DNA of 64,000 nt from Candidatus Moraniibacteriota bacterium (lineage in GTDB: Bacteria; Patescibacteriota; Minisyncoccia; Moranbacterales; UBA2206): the NCBI GenBank assembly GCA_037137555.1, contig JBAXKA010000001.1:1874-65873 (forward strand), given 5' to 3'. Each line of letters begins with the position of its first letter. Position 1 is the stretch's first letter. The notes beneath the pieces are model-generated. The model had not been told where the DNA came from, searched no databases, and worked only from the letters and a program-made list of their open reading frames with translations. The position numbers were made by a program, and so were the translations under genes. Of the stretch, positions 1 through 10,256 are shown one piece after another.

Positions 1-348
1 TTTATCAGCATTAATGCCAAATTCTTCCAAGATATGATCGGCACGAAAGCGACTTCTACATTTCTTGCAATCAACTTGCGGATCGTTGAAACCACCAACA
101 TGACCAGACGCTACCCAAGTTGTCGGATGCATAAAAATTGCACTATCCAATCCCACGACATCATCGCGAAATTGCACCATTGTTTTCCACCAAGCATCAC
201 GAATATTATTTTTTAAAAGTGTTCCGTAATGACCATAGTCATAAATGGCTTGCATACCACCATAAATTTCTGATGATGGATAAACAAATCCCCGCCTTTT
301 GCAAAGTGATGTAATTTTCTCCAATATTATTTCTTTTTTTTCTTCCAT
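1..348 (-). CDS. glyQS: glycine--tRNA ligase, N-terminal part (partial; the rest lies upstream of the window)
   Basis: Minus-strand translation from the ATG at 348-346 reads [31 protein letters not shown]...[23 protein letters not shown], which is typical of the dimeric GlyRS N-terminus. The ORF runs off the window edge. Confidence 0.6.
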   Translation of the reverse strand, partial: MEEKKEIILEKITSLCKRRGFVYPSSEIYGGMQAIYDYGHYGTLLKNNIRDAWWKTMVQFRDDVVGLDSAIFMHPTTWVASGHVGGFNDPQVDCKKCRSRFRADHILEEFGINADK

Positions 349-398
349 AATTTTTTATTAATAAATTAAAAATAGCTTAACGATTTTCTATTTTTTTG

Positions 399-1418
399 TC
401 AATTATTTTTTCCCGCCAGTTGACCACAAGCACCCGTAACTTCTTGCCCCAAACTTTTTCTAATCGTAACACTCATTCCGCCTTTTTCTAGATAATTTTT
501 AAACAAATGCATTTTATTACCCGAAGATGGCATAAATTCTTTTCCTGTTTCATTATAGGCAATTAAATTGATATGCAAAAGTTGGCGATTGCCAATTGAC
601 TTTAAATAAGTTGAAAGTGCATAAGCATCTTCTTCATTATCGTTAATGCCGGAAAGCATTACATATTCCACAAAAACTTGTCTTCTCGTTTTAGTAAAAT
701 AATCCTGCAAGGCTTTCTTTAATTCTTCTAGATTATATTTTTTATTGATCGGCATAAACTGATTTCTCTTTTCATCCGTCGCAAAATGCAAAGAAATTGC
801 CAAATTAATTTGAGGAAATTCTTCTGCTAAAAAATTAATTCCCGCCGGAATTCCTGCTGTCGAGATTGAAATACTTCGTGAGCCAAAAGCAAATAAATTT
901 TTATCCACCAAATCATGCAAACTTTTTTTTACTTCATCCCAATTCAAAAATGGCTCCCCCATTCCCATATAAACAATATTTGTTAATTTATTTTCTTTCA
1001 AGTGTTGTCTCCAAAATAAAACTTGATCGCTAATTTCTTCGGCGGTTAAATTTCGCTGAAAGCCATTTTTTCCTGTTGCACAAAAGCTGCAATTCAAAGA
1101 ACAGCCGACTTGAGAAGAAATACAAACAGACCATTTTCCGGGCATCGGCGAAAGTAAAACAGTTTCTATCTCATTTCCATCAGTCAATACTAAAAGTGCT
1201 TTCAGAGAAAGACCATCGCTAGAAATTAAAACTTTTTTTACATCAAAAGATAAAATCTTAATTTTATTTTCCAATAGTTCACGCAAATTCTTCGGGATAG
1301 TTGAAATTTCAGAAAAACTAGCTATGCCATCTTGATAAATCGCTTTTTGAATTTGACTTAGGCGAAATTTCGGTTCACCATTTTCAATGAGTATTTTTTT
1401 TAAATTTTCGATTTGCAT
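399..1418 (-). CDS. rlmN: radical SAM rRNA/tRNA adenine-C2 methyltransferase (RlmN/Cfr family)
   Basis: A CxxxCxxC cluster (CSLNCSFCATG) and a C-terminal conserved Cys, with RlmN-like overall length and order. Confidence 0.8.
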   Translation of the reverse strand: MQIENLKKILIENGEPKFRLSQIQKAIYQDGIASFSEISTIPKNLRELLENKIKILSFDVKKVLISSDGLSLKALLVLTDGNEIETVLLSPMPGKWSVCISSQVGCSLNCSFCATGKNGFQRNLTAEEISDQVLFWRQHLKENKLTNIVYMGMGEPFLNWDEVKKSLHDLVDKNLFAFGSRSISISTAGIPAGINFLAEEFPQINLAISLHFATDEKRNQFMPINKKYNLEELKKALQDYFTKTRRQVFVEYVMLSGINDNEEDAYALSTYLKSIGNRQLLHINLIAYNETGKEFMPSSGNKMHLFKNYLEKGGMSVTIRKSLGQEVTGACGQLAGKNN

Positions 1419-1440
1419 AAAAAAATTGATTTTACTTTAT

Positions 1441-2529
1441 TTATTCTGTCAAAACTTTTGCAATCAAATCTGCACAATTATTCCAACTAAATCTTTTTAT
1501 ATTTTCATGGCCTTTATTAATTATGTCTTTAATTATTTTTTTATCTTGTGTTAATGTGATAATCGCGTCAGCAATAAGTTTTGGTTCAGACGGATCAACC
1601 AGAAAAGCACTTCCTCCGGAAACTTCAGGAAGAGCAGAGGTATTTGAAGTAATCACTGGCACGCCTTGACTTTGCGCTTCAAGAACTGGCAGACCAAAGC
1701 CTTCATAGAATGTGGGAAATAGAAAAACTTCTGCATTTTTATATAAACACCATTTTTTTGCATCAGCGATAAATCCCACCAAAATAATATCTTTTTTATA
1801 TTCTGATTTTTCAATTCGCTTTTTAATTTCTTTTTCTCCATAACCAAACTTGCCACCCAAAACTAATTTATGTTTGGAATTAGTTTTTTGTTTAAATAAA
1901 TCAAAAGCTTCCACGATTCCCAGAATATTTTTTCGTTTTTCTAGTCGTCCGACAAATAATAGATACGGCTTTAAATTTATAACTTCATTCGCTTCATCCA
2001 AATTCAAGTCTAATTCTTTAGTTTTATTATCATAGCCCTCATAGACTAAATTAATTTTTTCTTCCGAAACTTCATAAAAATTCATTAAATCCATTTTGGT
2101 ATTTCGAGAAACACTGATAATTTTGCTTGCCCAGCGACAAGAACTTTTGATAGATAAACGCATATAGAATCGCTCAAAAGCCGAATAGGCTTCTGGCATA
2201 ATTTCATACTCTAAGCCATGCACCGTTACGATAGTTTTCTTAGGATGGAAAAGTGGCACGGTATGTGCTGGAATAAACAATACATCCACGGGATACAAAA
2301 AAAGTTCCAACGATAATCCAAGCTGTGTCCAGAGACGAGGAAAATAAATTCTTTTTATACGCCAATTTTTTGGCAGAGAAAAATCCACTTTTTGCGTTCC
2401 GCGTAGATATAAAATTACACGATGATCTTTTAGTCGAGTGCGAAGTCGCCTGATTACCTGATAAGAATATTCTTCGATACCAGTTCGTTGTTTTAAAAAA
2501 GCCCTTGAGCCATCAATACCGATTTTCAT
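1441..2529 (-). CDS. GT4-family glycosyltransferase
   Basis: C-terminal EGFGLPVLEAQSQGVPVITSNTSALPE motif typical of the GT-B/GT4 family. Confidence 0.75.
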   Translation of the reverse strand: MKIGIDGSRAFLKQRTGIEEYSYQVIRRLRTRLKDHRVILYLRGTQKVDFSLPKNWRIKRIYFPRLWTQLGLSLELFLYPVDVLFIPAHTVPLFHPKKTIVTVHGLEYEIMPEAYSAFERFYMRLSIKSSCRWASKIISVSRNTKMDLMNFYEVSEEKINLVYEGYDNKTKELDLNLDEANEVINLKPYLLFVGRLEKRKNILGIVEAFDLFKQKTNSKHKLVLGGKFGYGEKEIKKRIEKSEYKKDIILVGFIADAKKWCLYKNAEVFLFPTFYEGFGLPVLEAQSQGVPVITSNTSALPEVSGGSAFLVDPSEPKLIADAIITLTQDKKIIKDIINKGHENIKRFSWNNCADLIAKVLTE

Positions 2530-2548
2530 TAGTTTATAATTTTATAAT

Positions 2549-3556
2549 TTATTTAGATAACATCATTGTCCGCTTATAGAGTTCAAGATTTTCTAGCGCG
2601 ATGCCAATACCTTTGATTACACAATATAGTGCATCATCTGCCACATAGCATGGCACACCGATTGTTTTTGTTATTAATTGATCGAGATTGCGCAGAAGCG
2701 CTCCACCGCCAGAAAGCACCATGCCTTTATCCATAATATCTGCCGCGAGTTCTGGTGGAGTTTCTTGTAGAACTTTCTTAATCGCATTAATCACTTCGCG
2801 CAACTCATCCTGAATGGCTTCTGTCACTTCATTTGATGAAATTCGTACAGTTCTTGGAAGTCCTCCGGTCAAATCTCGTCCTCGCACATCCATATAATCT
2901 TCTTTTACTTGCGGAAGTGCTGAGCCAATTTTTATTTTTACATCTTCTGCTGTGCGATCTCCAATCGACAAGCTATATTTTCGTTTAATGTAATCTGCGA
3001 TTGCTTGATCAATTTTATTTCCTCCCACTCGTGCACTATGCGCTGAAACAATTCCACCCAAAGAAACTACTGCTACTTCTGATGTTCCACCACCAATATC
3101 AATAATCATATTGCCCGCGGCATTATTGATGGGAATTCCGGCACCAATTGCTGCTAAGATTGGCTCTTTTACGACATAAGCCATTTTTGCACCAGCCCTA
3201 ATCGTGGCATCAATGACAGCTCTTCTTTCAGTTGAAGTTACACCGGCAGGAATAGACACCATCACTTCTGGACGAATCAAGCGAAATCTGCCACTAACTT
3301 TATTAATAAAATATTTAAGCATTGCTTCGGTAATTTTATAATCGGCAATCACACCATCTCGCATTGGACGACTTGCCATGATTGTATCTGGTGTTCTTCC
3401 AAGCATTTCCTTGGCTTCATTACCAATTGCCAAAACCTTATTTTCCAAAAGCGAAATCGCCACTACTGATGGTTCGTTGGAAACAATGCCTTTCCCTGGA
3501 ACAAAAACTAAAACATTGGCAGTGCCAAGATCAATTCCGATTTTTCGTACAAGCAT
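2549..3556 (-). CDS. mreB: rod shape-determining actin homologue MreB
   Basis: GIDLGTANVLVFV at the N-terminus, DIGGGTSEVAV, and actin-fold motifs along the whole length. Confidence 0.9.
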   Translation of the reverse strand: MLVRKIGIDLGTANVLVFVPGKGIVSNEPSVVAISLLENKVLAIGNEAKEMLGRTPDTIMASRPMRDGVIADYKITEAMLKYFINKVSGRFRLIRPEVMVSIPAGVTSTERRAVIDATIRAGAKMAYVVKEPILAAIGAGIPINNAAGNMIIDIGGGTSEVAVVSLGGIVSAHSARVGGNKIDQAIADYIKRKYSLSIGDRTAEDVKIKIGSALPQVKEDYMDVRGRDLTGGLPRTVRISSNEVTEAIQDELREVINAIKKVLQETPPELAADIMDKGMVLSGGGALLRNLDQLITKTIGVPCYVADDALYCVIKGIGIALENLELYKRTMMLSK

Positions 3557-3574
3557 GAAATTATCCTAAAAAAA

Positions 3575-4855
3575 TTATATTCTTTTTATATTCGCACCCA
3601 ATTTTTGCAACCGTTCTTCAATTTTTTCATAACCTCTATCAACTTGATAAATTTCTTTGATGGTTGTTTTCCCCTCAGCAATCAGTGCCGCAATAATCAG
3701 TGTTGCGCCAGCACGCAAATCAAAACTAGTAATTATTTTACCTTTTAATTTTGCTGGGCCACTAATCAGCACTCTGTGTGGATCCAAAATTTTTGCCTTG
3801 GCTCCCATTTTTTTCAACTCGCTGATATAATTAAAGCGGCTTTCATATAGCGAGTCATGAATTAGCGTTTCTCCTTCAGCTTGTGTCGCAAGCACACCGA
3901 AAGGCGCTTGCACATCTGATGGAACACCAGGATAAGTTCTCGTATCAATCTTAAAAACAGCTTTTATTTTTTTAGCTGGAATAACTTCGATACTATTTTT
4001 TTCAATTTTAAAATCTGCTCCAAATTCACGCAATTTTTCTAGAACTAAAGCTAAATGTTCCTCTTTGGCGTTTTTAATTTTAATTGCGCTTCCAGTTGTT
4101 ACAGCGAGAATAAGAAAAGTAGCCGCTTCATTAGCATCGGGAATAATAGTATGCGTTGCTTTGTGCATTTTTTTTGTACCAATAATTTCCAGGCTATGCG
4201 TTCCCAGTCCCTTTATTTTTGCACCAAGGGAAATCAAAAACTTTCCTAAATCTTCCACATGCGGTTCGCAAGCACAAGCTTTAATGGTTGTTTTTCCTTC
4301 AAGTGAAGACGCCAATATCATCGCATTCTCCGTAGCCGTTACAGACATTTCTCCCAAAGTAATCCTAGCTGATTTTCTTTTTTGCGCATTAATAACATAG
4401 CCACATTCGTTTTGCAAAATATCCACACCCATCTTACGCAATGCTTCAAAATGTGTGCCAAGTGGACGTGCACCAATCACACAACCACCGGGTCGATAAA
4501 ATTTAAATTTATCAAAACGCGCACTCAAAGCACCCAAAAGTAAAATCGAGGAACGCAACTTTTTTACAGTTTCGGTGTCTATTTTTGCTGGATCAATTTT
4601 TTCATTTTTAATACTAATTTTTCTTTTTCCCAACCATTTGATTTCCGCACCCATGCTAGTCAATATTTCCAACATGCGATAAACATCCTCAATGAGCGGA
4701 ATATTGGAAATAATACATTCCTCTTTTGTCAATAATGTCGCCGCTAAAATTGGGGTTGTCGCATTTTTGGATCCACGCACCTCAATTTCTCCTTGCAATT
4801 TTTTTCCACCAACAATTTCAAATGTTTCCATAATTTTAAGTTTAAAAAAGGCCAC
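3575..4855 (-). CDS. murA: UDP-N-acetylglucosamine 1-carboxyvinyltransferase MurA
   Basis: EIVGGKKLQGEIEVRGSKNA at the N-terminus, about 420 aa and the EPSP-synthase fold pattern. The true start may be the internal Met at 4831 (METFEIVGG). Confidence 0.9.
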   Translation of the reverse strand: MAFFKLKIMETFEIVGGKKLQGEIEVRGSKNATTPILAATLLTKEECIISNIPLIEDVYRMLEILTSMGAEIKWLGKRKISIKNEKIDPAKIDTETVKKLRSSILLLGALSARFDKFKFYRPGGCVIGARPLGTHFEALRKMGVDILQNECGYVINAQKRKSARITLGEMSVTATENAMILASSLEGKTTIKACACEPHVEDLGKFLISLGAKIKGLGTHSLEIIGTKKMHKATHTIIPDANEAATFLILAVTTGSAIKIKNAKEEHLALVLEKLREFGADFKIEKNSIEVIPAKKIKAVFKIDTRTYPGVPSDVQAPFGVLATQAEGETLIHDSLYESRFNYISELKKMGAKAKILDPHRVLISGPAKLKGKIITSFDLRAGATLIIAALIAEGKTTIKEIYQVDRGYEKIEERLQKLGANIKRI

Positions 4856-4904
4856 TTATAAAGTATATTCTATGTGGTATTAAAAATCAAACATTGTGCC
4901 ATAA

Positions 4905-5492
4905 CTAATTTCTAAAAATATTTAAATTATTTTCGTCCAAATCCCATTTAAAAGGATTATTCACAATATAATTACGAATATTATAGAGGGATTTTTCATT
5001 ACAAATAATGTGATCGTGAAATGATTTTTGCCATCCAAAATAGGACAATTTTTTATGGATTATTTTGGTAATGGCAGATTTGAACGATCCAATTATAATA
5101 GGTATTTTTTGATATTGTCGATTTTGTTGGGATTGGGATTGGGATTGTAGGGAACAGGCATGCCTGTTCCCTACGGGTTTCCCTGCGGGTTTCCCTGCGG
5201 GGTTATCGGTAGAATTATTATGGGCGTCATCATTTTTAATTACCAAAATACCATGAACATGATTTGGCATAATAATAAATTCATCTAATACGCAATATGG
5301 AAAATGATTAGGAATTTCTAGCCAACAATTTTTTGCTATCTCTCCATATTCATTTAAATTCATTTTTTCATGTTCAATGTTTCCAAAAAATTCTTCTCTA
5401 TTCTTTGTGCAAATCGTTACAAAATAAAATCCATTCTCAGAATAATTATAATTTTTTAATCTGGTTGGTTTACGGTTTTTTATTTGGGGCAT
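4905..5492 (-). CDS. IS200/REP-associated tyrosine (Y1, HUH) transposase (RAYT-like), carrying an in-frame low-complexity insertion
   Basis: HuH motif HVHGIL and a C-terminal Y-x3-NP-x-KW-like motif (YNIRNYIVNNPFKW). The middle of the ORF (NPAGKPAGKPVGNRHACSLQSQSQSQ) is encoded by a GGGATT microsatellite plus a 26-bp perfect palindrome. Confidence 0.7.
   Translation of the reverse strand: MPQIKNRKPTRLKNYNYSENGFYFVTICTKNREEFFGNIEHEKMNLNEYGEIAKNCWLEIPNHFPYCVLDEFIIMPNHVHGILVIKNDDAHNNSTDNPAGKPAGKPVGNRHACSLQSQSQSQQNRQYQKIPIIIGSFKSAITKIIHKKLSYFGWQKSFHDHIICNEKSLYNIRNYIVNNPFKWDLDENNLNIFRN
5101..5210. repeat. REP-like element copy 1: 28-bp head, (GGGATT)3, 26-bp perfect palindrome TAGGGAACAGGCATGCCTGTTCCCTA, then tandem CGGGTTTCCCTG x2
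   Basis: Read directly from the sequence. Lies inside the RAYT coding region. Near-identical to the reverse complement of 9348-9439. Confidence 0.85.
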
Positions 5493-5515
5493 AATTATTT
5501 GGAAAAAATTTATTG

Positions 5516-5587
5516 TGCCCTCAGTAGGAATCGAACCTACATCTTATCCTTAGGACGGATCTGCTCTATCCATTGAGCTATGAAGGC
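5516..5587 (-). tRNA. tRNA, probably tRNA-Arg (anticodon CCU)
   Basis: Manual fold: acceptor stem GCCTTCA/TGAGGGC, D stem GCTC/GAGC, anticodon loop GTCCTAA, T arm GTAGG-TTCGATT-CCTAC. CCA is not encoded. 72 nt. Confidence 0.55.
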
Positions 5588-5609
5588 CTATTGTAATATT
5601 TTAATTTTG

Positions 5610-5682
5610 TGGACATGAGGAGACTCGAACTCCTTACCTCTTCCATGCCATGGAAGCGCTCTACCAGATGAGCTACACGCCC
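5610..5682 (-). tRNA. tRNA-Ala (anticodon GGC)
   Basis: Manual fold: acceptor GGGCGTG with a G3:U70 pair (the Ala identity element), perfect anticodon stem CTTCC/GGAAG, loop ATGGCAT, T arm AGGAG-TTCGAGT-CTCCT. 73 nt. Confidence 0.8.
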
Positions 5683-5819
5683 GATACTATCAATCACTTT
5701 TCTATCATATCAGCTGTGAATAGTTAGTCAATTTTTTAATTTATCAAATTTTTCCTCGACAGCTTATTTTCTCTGTGCTAGTATATCTATGTTAATAAAA
5801 ACTTAATCAAAAAAAATTT

Positions 5820-6479
5820 ATGAATATCCAGTATTATGGTCATTCTTGTTTTAAGATTTGCTTAAAGCCGGCTGGTCGAGGTCAGAACGAAGTAGTTTTT
5901 TTTATGGATCCTTTTGACAAATCCATCGGTCTTCGTCCACCACAAGGACAAGCGGATTTTGTTTTGGTTTCACATGGTCATCCTGATCATAATAATATTG
6001 AAGCACTGAAAGGCGAACCACGCGTCATTGATTTACCGGGAGAATATTCAGTTAAAGGTGTAAATGTCATTGGCATTTCTTCTTTTCATGACAGTGTGCA
6101 AGGAAAAGAAAAAGGGGCTAATACAATTTTCTTGGTTGATAGCGAAGATATCAAGATTTGTCATTTGGGCGATCTTGGATCTGACTTAGATGAAAAACAA
6201 CTAGAAAAAATTGGCACAGTCAATATTCTGATGGTGCCAATCGGTGGAAAATATACACTGGATTATAAAAAAGCGATTGAAACAATCAAAAAAATTGAAC
6301 CAAACATTATTATTCCGATTCATTTTAAAATGGCTGGCTCGACTGTTGATATCGAAGACGAAAATCAATTCTGTCTTGAAATGGGTTATTGCAAAAAAGA
6401 AAGACCCGCTAAGCTAAATTTGAAAAGCAAAGATTTGGAAGGAAAGAATATGGAAATTATGATTATGGGTATTGAATAG
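5820..6479 (+). CDS. MBL-fold metallo-hydrolase
   Basis: HGHPDH metal-binding motif (VSHGHPDHNN), about 220 aa. Confidence 0.75.
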   Translation: MNIQYYGHSCFKICLKPAGRGQNEVVFFMDPFDKSIGLRPPQGQADFVLVSHGHPDHNNIEALKGEPRVIDLPGEYSVKGVNVIGISSFHDSVQGKEKGANTIFLVDSEDIKICHLGDLGSDLDEKQLEKIGTVNILMVPIGGKYTLDYKKAIETIKKIEPNIIIPIHFKMAGSTVDIEDENQFCLEMGYCKKERPAKLNLKSKDLEGKNMEIMIMGIE

Positions 6480-6493
6480 TTTTTAAAAAAATA

Positions 6494-6787
6494 ATGAGCA
6501 TCCAAAGAAAATTAGAAGAAATTCGCAAGAAACCAGAGCATATCAAAAAACGCTACACCTATATTGCCGTTGCCATTTCCATGTTTTTTATTATACTACT
6601 TTGGTTTTTTTCCATTGCTGATACACTTAAAAAAACTGAATTTACCAAAAAACAAAATGTTTTTGAGGATTTGCAAGTTGAAAAAAAATCACTCAAAGAT
6701 GCCACTGATGATATGAAAAACTCACTGACAGATCTAAATAAAAATCTAAAACAAGCTCCAACTGAAACTAATCAACCCTTAGAATAA
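6494..6787 (+). CDS. small membrane protein, function unknown
   Basis: One predicted TM segment ([19 protein letters not shown]) and a charged C-terminus. Follows the hydrolase gene with a short gap. Confidence 0.4.
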   Translation: MSIQRKLEEIRKKPEHIKKRYTYIAVAISMFFIILLWFFSIADTLKKTEFTKKQNVFEDLQVEKKSLKDATDDMKNSLTDLNKNLKQAPTETNQPLE

Positions 6788-6798
6788 AAAATAATATT

Positions 6799-9243
6799 AT
6801 GGAAATGAAAATTGAATTGGAAAACATCCAACCGCGTGAAATAACTGAAGAAATTCAACAATCCTATTTGGATTATGCCATGAGTGTCATTGTTTCTCGT
6901 GCTCTGCCTGATGTGCGTGATGGCATGAAGCCAGTGCATCGTCGCATTCTTTATTCTATGTGGAACACTGGCCTTCGTGCTAATGCAAAATTTAGAAAAT
7001 CTGCGACAGTGGTGGGAGAAGTTTTGGGAAAATATCATCCACATGGTGATGTGGCAGTTTATGATTCAATGGTGCGTATGGCCCAAGATTTTTCTTTGCG
7101 TTATCCCCTCGTCAAAGGTCAAGGAAATTTTGGTTCGATGGATGGAGACTCGGCAGCGGCTTATCGTTACACCGAAGCAAAACTTTCACCAATTGCCGAA
7201 GAGATGCTTACTGATATTGAAAAAAATACAGTTAATTTTGTACCAAATTTTGATGGTCAACATGAAGAGCCGACTGTTTTGCCCGCTAATTTACCCCAAC
7301 TACTCTTAAATGGTTCCATGGGAATTGCCGTTGGAATGGCGACTAACATTCCTCCTCAAAATATTACTGAATTAATTGAAGGGATTGATCATTTAATCGA
7401 TAATCCCAATGCCACAGTAGAAGATCTTTGTGAATTTGTTAAAGGTCCCGATTTTCCAACTGGTGGCATAATTTATAATAAAAAAGATATTATTGAAGCT
7501 TATAGAACTGGTCGTGGAAAAATTCTCACCAGAGCAAAAGCGGAAATCAATGAAACTAAAACTGGTGCATTTCAAATTATTGTAACAGAAATGACCTATG
7601 CCACAAACAAATCAACCATGATTGAAAGAATGGCCGATCTTGTGAAGGAAGGAAAAATTATGGGCATTCGTGATATTCGCGATGAATCCGACAAAGATGG
7701 TGTTCGACTTGTGATTGAATTAAAAAAAGATGCTTATCCTCAAAAAGTGCTCAATAAGCTTTATGATTTAACTGATTTGCAAAAAAATTTCAATGTTAAT
7801 ATGCTCGCCCTTGTTAATGGCATTGAACCAACTGTCCTAAATTTAAAATCAATTTTTGAATATTATATTATTCACAGAAAAGAAGTAATCACTCGTCGCA
7901 CAAAATATGATTTGGAAAAAGCCCGTGATCGTGCCCATATTTTGGAAGGTCTAAAAAAAGCACTTGATCATATTGATGCCGTCATTGAAACAATCAAAAA
8001 ATCCAAAACAAAAGAAGAAGCCCATGTCAATTTGATGAAAAAATTCTTGCTTTCTGACAGACAGACTACGGCCATTCTGGAAATGCGATTGCAAACACTT
8101 GCCGGATTGGAACAAAAAAAGATTGAAGATGAATTGGCTGAAAAATTACGCATCATCGCTGAACTTGAAGCAATCCTAAAAAGTGAAAAGAAAATTCTCG
8201 GCATTGTCAAAAGCGAACTTAATCGTGTGAAGGAAAAATATGGCGACGAAAGAAAAACAAAAATAATTAAATCTGGCGTATCAGAATTTAAGCAAGAAGA
8301 TTTAGTCCCCAACGAAGAAGCAATCATAACGATTTCCAAGGAAGGTTATATTAAAAGAATGAACCCTGCTGTTTATAAAGTGCAAAAACGAGGTGGCAAG
8401 GGCGTGATTGGTGCCACAACCAGAGAGGGTGACGAAGTTGAAAAACTACTTGGTGTTATGACACATGATAATTTATTATTTTTCACTAACAGTGGAAAAG
8501 TTTTTCAAACTAAGTCTTATGAAATTCCAGAATCATCCAGAATTTCCAAAGGACAATCGATTGTTAATTTCTTGCAACTTTCTGGTGAAGAAAAAGTAAC
8601 AGCTATTATTGCTTTCAACAAAGATGATAATTATAAATATCTTTTTATGGCCACCGAGATGGGCACTGTCAAAAAAACTACACTGGAAGAATTTGAAAAT
8701 GTCCGTCGTTCAGGTCTTATTGCTATAAAATTAGACAAGGGTGATGCGCTTCGTTGGGTTAATGCCACAACTGGCACAGATGAAATTGTCATCACAACTT
8801 CACATGGTCAAGCAATTCATTACAAGGAAAGTGATGTTCGCTCTATGGGTCGTGCGGCCACGGGAGTGCGTGGAATTAAATTAAAAAAAGATGATCTTGT
8901 TGTTGGTATGGATGTTTTCTTCAAAGGTCAAAAGGGCAATCAACTTTTAGTCATCACTGAAAATGGTTATGGTAAAAGATCCGATATTAAATATTACAAA
9001 ATTCAAAAACGCGGTGGCTCAGGAATTAAAACAGCAGCGACGACTGCCAAAACAGGAAAGTTAATTGGTGCTAGTATTATCAATGTGGATAATCTTGATG
9101 CAGATTTAATTCTTACTTCCGATAAAGGTCAAATTATTCGTATTCCTCTTGTTAGTGTTTCTATTCTTGGTCGTGCCACACAAGGCGTTCGCGTTATGCG
9201 ACCACAAACTGGCGATAAGGTTAGTGCGATGACGGTTTTGTAA
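6799..9243 (+). CDS. gyrA: DNA gyrase subunit A
   Basis: [26 protein letters not shown], the active-site Tyr region ([11 protein letters not shown]) and C-terminal beta-pinwheel repeats. 814 aa. Confidence 0.95.
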   Translation: MEMKIELENIQPREITEEIQQSYLDYAMSVIVSRALPDVRDGMKPVHRRILYSMWNTGLRANAKFRKSATVVGEVLGKYHPHGDVAVYDSMVRMAQDFSLRYPLVKGQGNFGSMDGDSAAAYRYTEAKLSPIAEEMLTDIEKNTVNFVPNFDGQHEEPTVLPANLPQLLLNGSMGIAVGMATNIPPQNITELIEGIDHLIDNPNATVEDLCEFVKGPDFPTGGIIYNKKDIIEAYRTGRGKILTRAKAEINETKTGAFQIIVTEMTYATNKSTMIERMADLVKEGKIMGIRDIRDESDKDGVRLVIELKKDAYPQKVLNKLYDLTDLQKNFNVNMLALVNGIEPTVLNLKSIFEYYIIHRKEVITRRTKYDLEKARDRAHILEGLKKALDHIDAVIETIKKSKTKEEAHVNLMKKFLLSDRQTTAILEMRLQTLAGLEQKKIEDELAEKLRIIAELEAILKSEKKILGIVKSELNRVKEKYGDERKTKIIKSGVSEFKQEDLVPNEEAIITISKEGYIKRMNPAVYKVQKRGGKGVIGATTREGDEVEKLLGVMTHDNLLFFTNSGKVFQTKSYEIPESSRISKGQSIVNFLQLSGEEKVTAIIAFNKDDNYKYLFMATEMGTVKKTTLEEFENVRRSGLIAIKLDKGDALRWVNATTGTDEIVITTSHGQAIHYKESDVRSMGRAATGVRGIKLKKDDLVVGMDVFFKGQKGNQLLVITENGYGKRSDIKYYKIQKRGGSGIKTAATTAKTGKLIGASIINVDNLDADLILTSDKGQIIRIPLVSVSILGRATQGVRVMRPQTGDKVSAMTVL

Positions 9244-9347
9244 AAAAATAAATAGAGATAAGGATCGACATAAACATAATTTGCACGAAAAGAAAAATCT
9301 ACTATCATGCCAAATTATGTTCACGGGTTCTTGATGATTGAAAATAT

Positions 9348-9439
9348 AACCCCGTAATCGTAGGGAACAGGCATGCCTGTTCCCTACAATCCCAATCCCA
9401 ATCCCAATCCCAACAAAATCGACAATATCAAAAAATACC
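9348..9439. repeat. REP-like element copy 2 (inverted relative to copy 1): palindrome, (CAATCC)4, 28-bp tail
   Basis: The reverse complement matches 5101-5210, including the 28-bp segment that in copy 1 is RAYT coding sequence. The CGGGGTTAT flank is shared. Confidence 0.85.
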
Positions 9440-9460
9440 TAATAAATTAACAAAAAAAAT

Positions 9461-10168
9461 ATGCCCAGACCAATTACAACATTGTTTATGCTCACTTCGG
9501 TTGATGGTAAAATTTCAACAGTCAGTAATGACAAATTAGATGTTGATAAAGATTTTCCAAGAATAAAAGGCCTCAAGGAAGGCTTGAAACAATATTATGA
9601 AATTGAACAAGCGACTGATTCACATTCATTGAATTCGGGCAGAGTGTTAGCAAAAGTTGGAGCAAATAAACCACAAAAGAATATTGTAAAACTACCAGTT
9701 AGTTTTTTGATAATTGATAATAAGCCCCACTTGAATTGCACTGGCGTAGATAATTTTCTTAAAAAAAGCAAAAAGCTCTACATCATCACAACAAATAAAG
9801 TGCATCCTGCTTTTCAAAGAAAGACTGCTAATAATTTGGAAATCATCTACTACAAAAACAAAATTGATTTTATTGATTTATTCAGAAAATTAAAACAAGA
9901 ATATGGAATTAGTCGATTAACTATTCAAACGGGAGAAACACTCAACGCAATTTTTTTGAGGAATAAATTGATTGATAAAATTTCACTTGTAATTGCTCCA
10001 GCTTTAATTGGTGGAGAAAATACGCCATCATTGATAGCTGGAAAGTCACTATCTTCTCTCAAGGAGCTTGCCCTGATAAAAGCGTTGAAATTAACCGAGG
10101 TAAAAAAATTAAATGATTCTTATTTAAATTTAAAATACGATGTCATCAATGACACCGAAATCGATTGA
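9461..10168 (+). CDS. dihydrofolate reductase-family protein (RibD C-terminal domain-like reductase)
   Basis: LFMLTSVDGKIS N-terminal motif and C-terminal ISLVIAPALIGGE motif, typical of the RibD_C/DHFR-like fold. Confidence 0.6.
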   Translation: MPRPITTLFMLTSVDGKISTVSNDKLDVDKDFPRIKGLKEGLKQYYEIEQATDSHSLNSGRVLAKVGANKPQKNIVKLPVSFLIIDNKPHLNCTGVDNFLKKSKKLYIITTNKVHPAFQRKTANNLEIIYYKNKIDFIDLFRKLKQEYGISRLTIQTGETLNAIFLRNKLIDKISLVIAPALIGGENTPSLIAGKSLSSLKELALIKALKLTEVKKLNDSYLNLKYDVINDTEID

Positions 10169-10256
10169 TTTTTAAATACACAAACTAAACATTTCCCTTT
10201 TTTTAAAAATAGTGTATACTAAAAATTCGAGTATTATCAATTAATTTTTACGCACT

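Noticed and set aside
4055-4400. Plus-strand ORFs of 64 and 111 aa inside murA.
   Set aside because: They are antisense to a full-length, motif-bearing MurA and show no independent signals.
5129-5146. GGGATT / CAATCC hexamer microsatellites next to the palindromes, considered as an independent SSR or phase-variation tract.
   Set aside because: They are integral parts of the two REP-like element copies (3 units versus 4 units) and are better explained as element-internal repeats.
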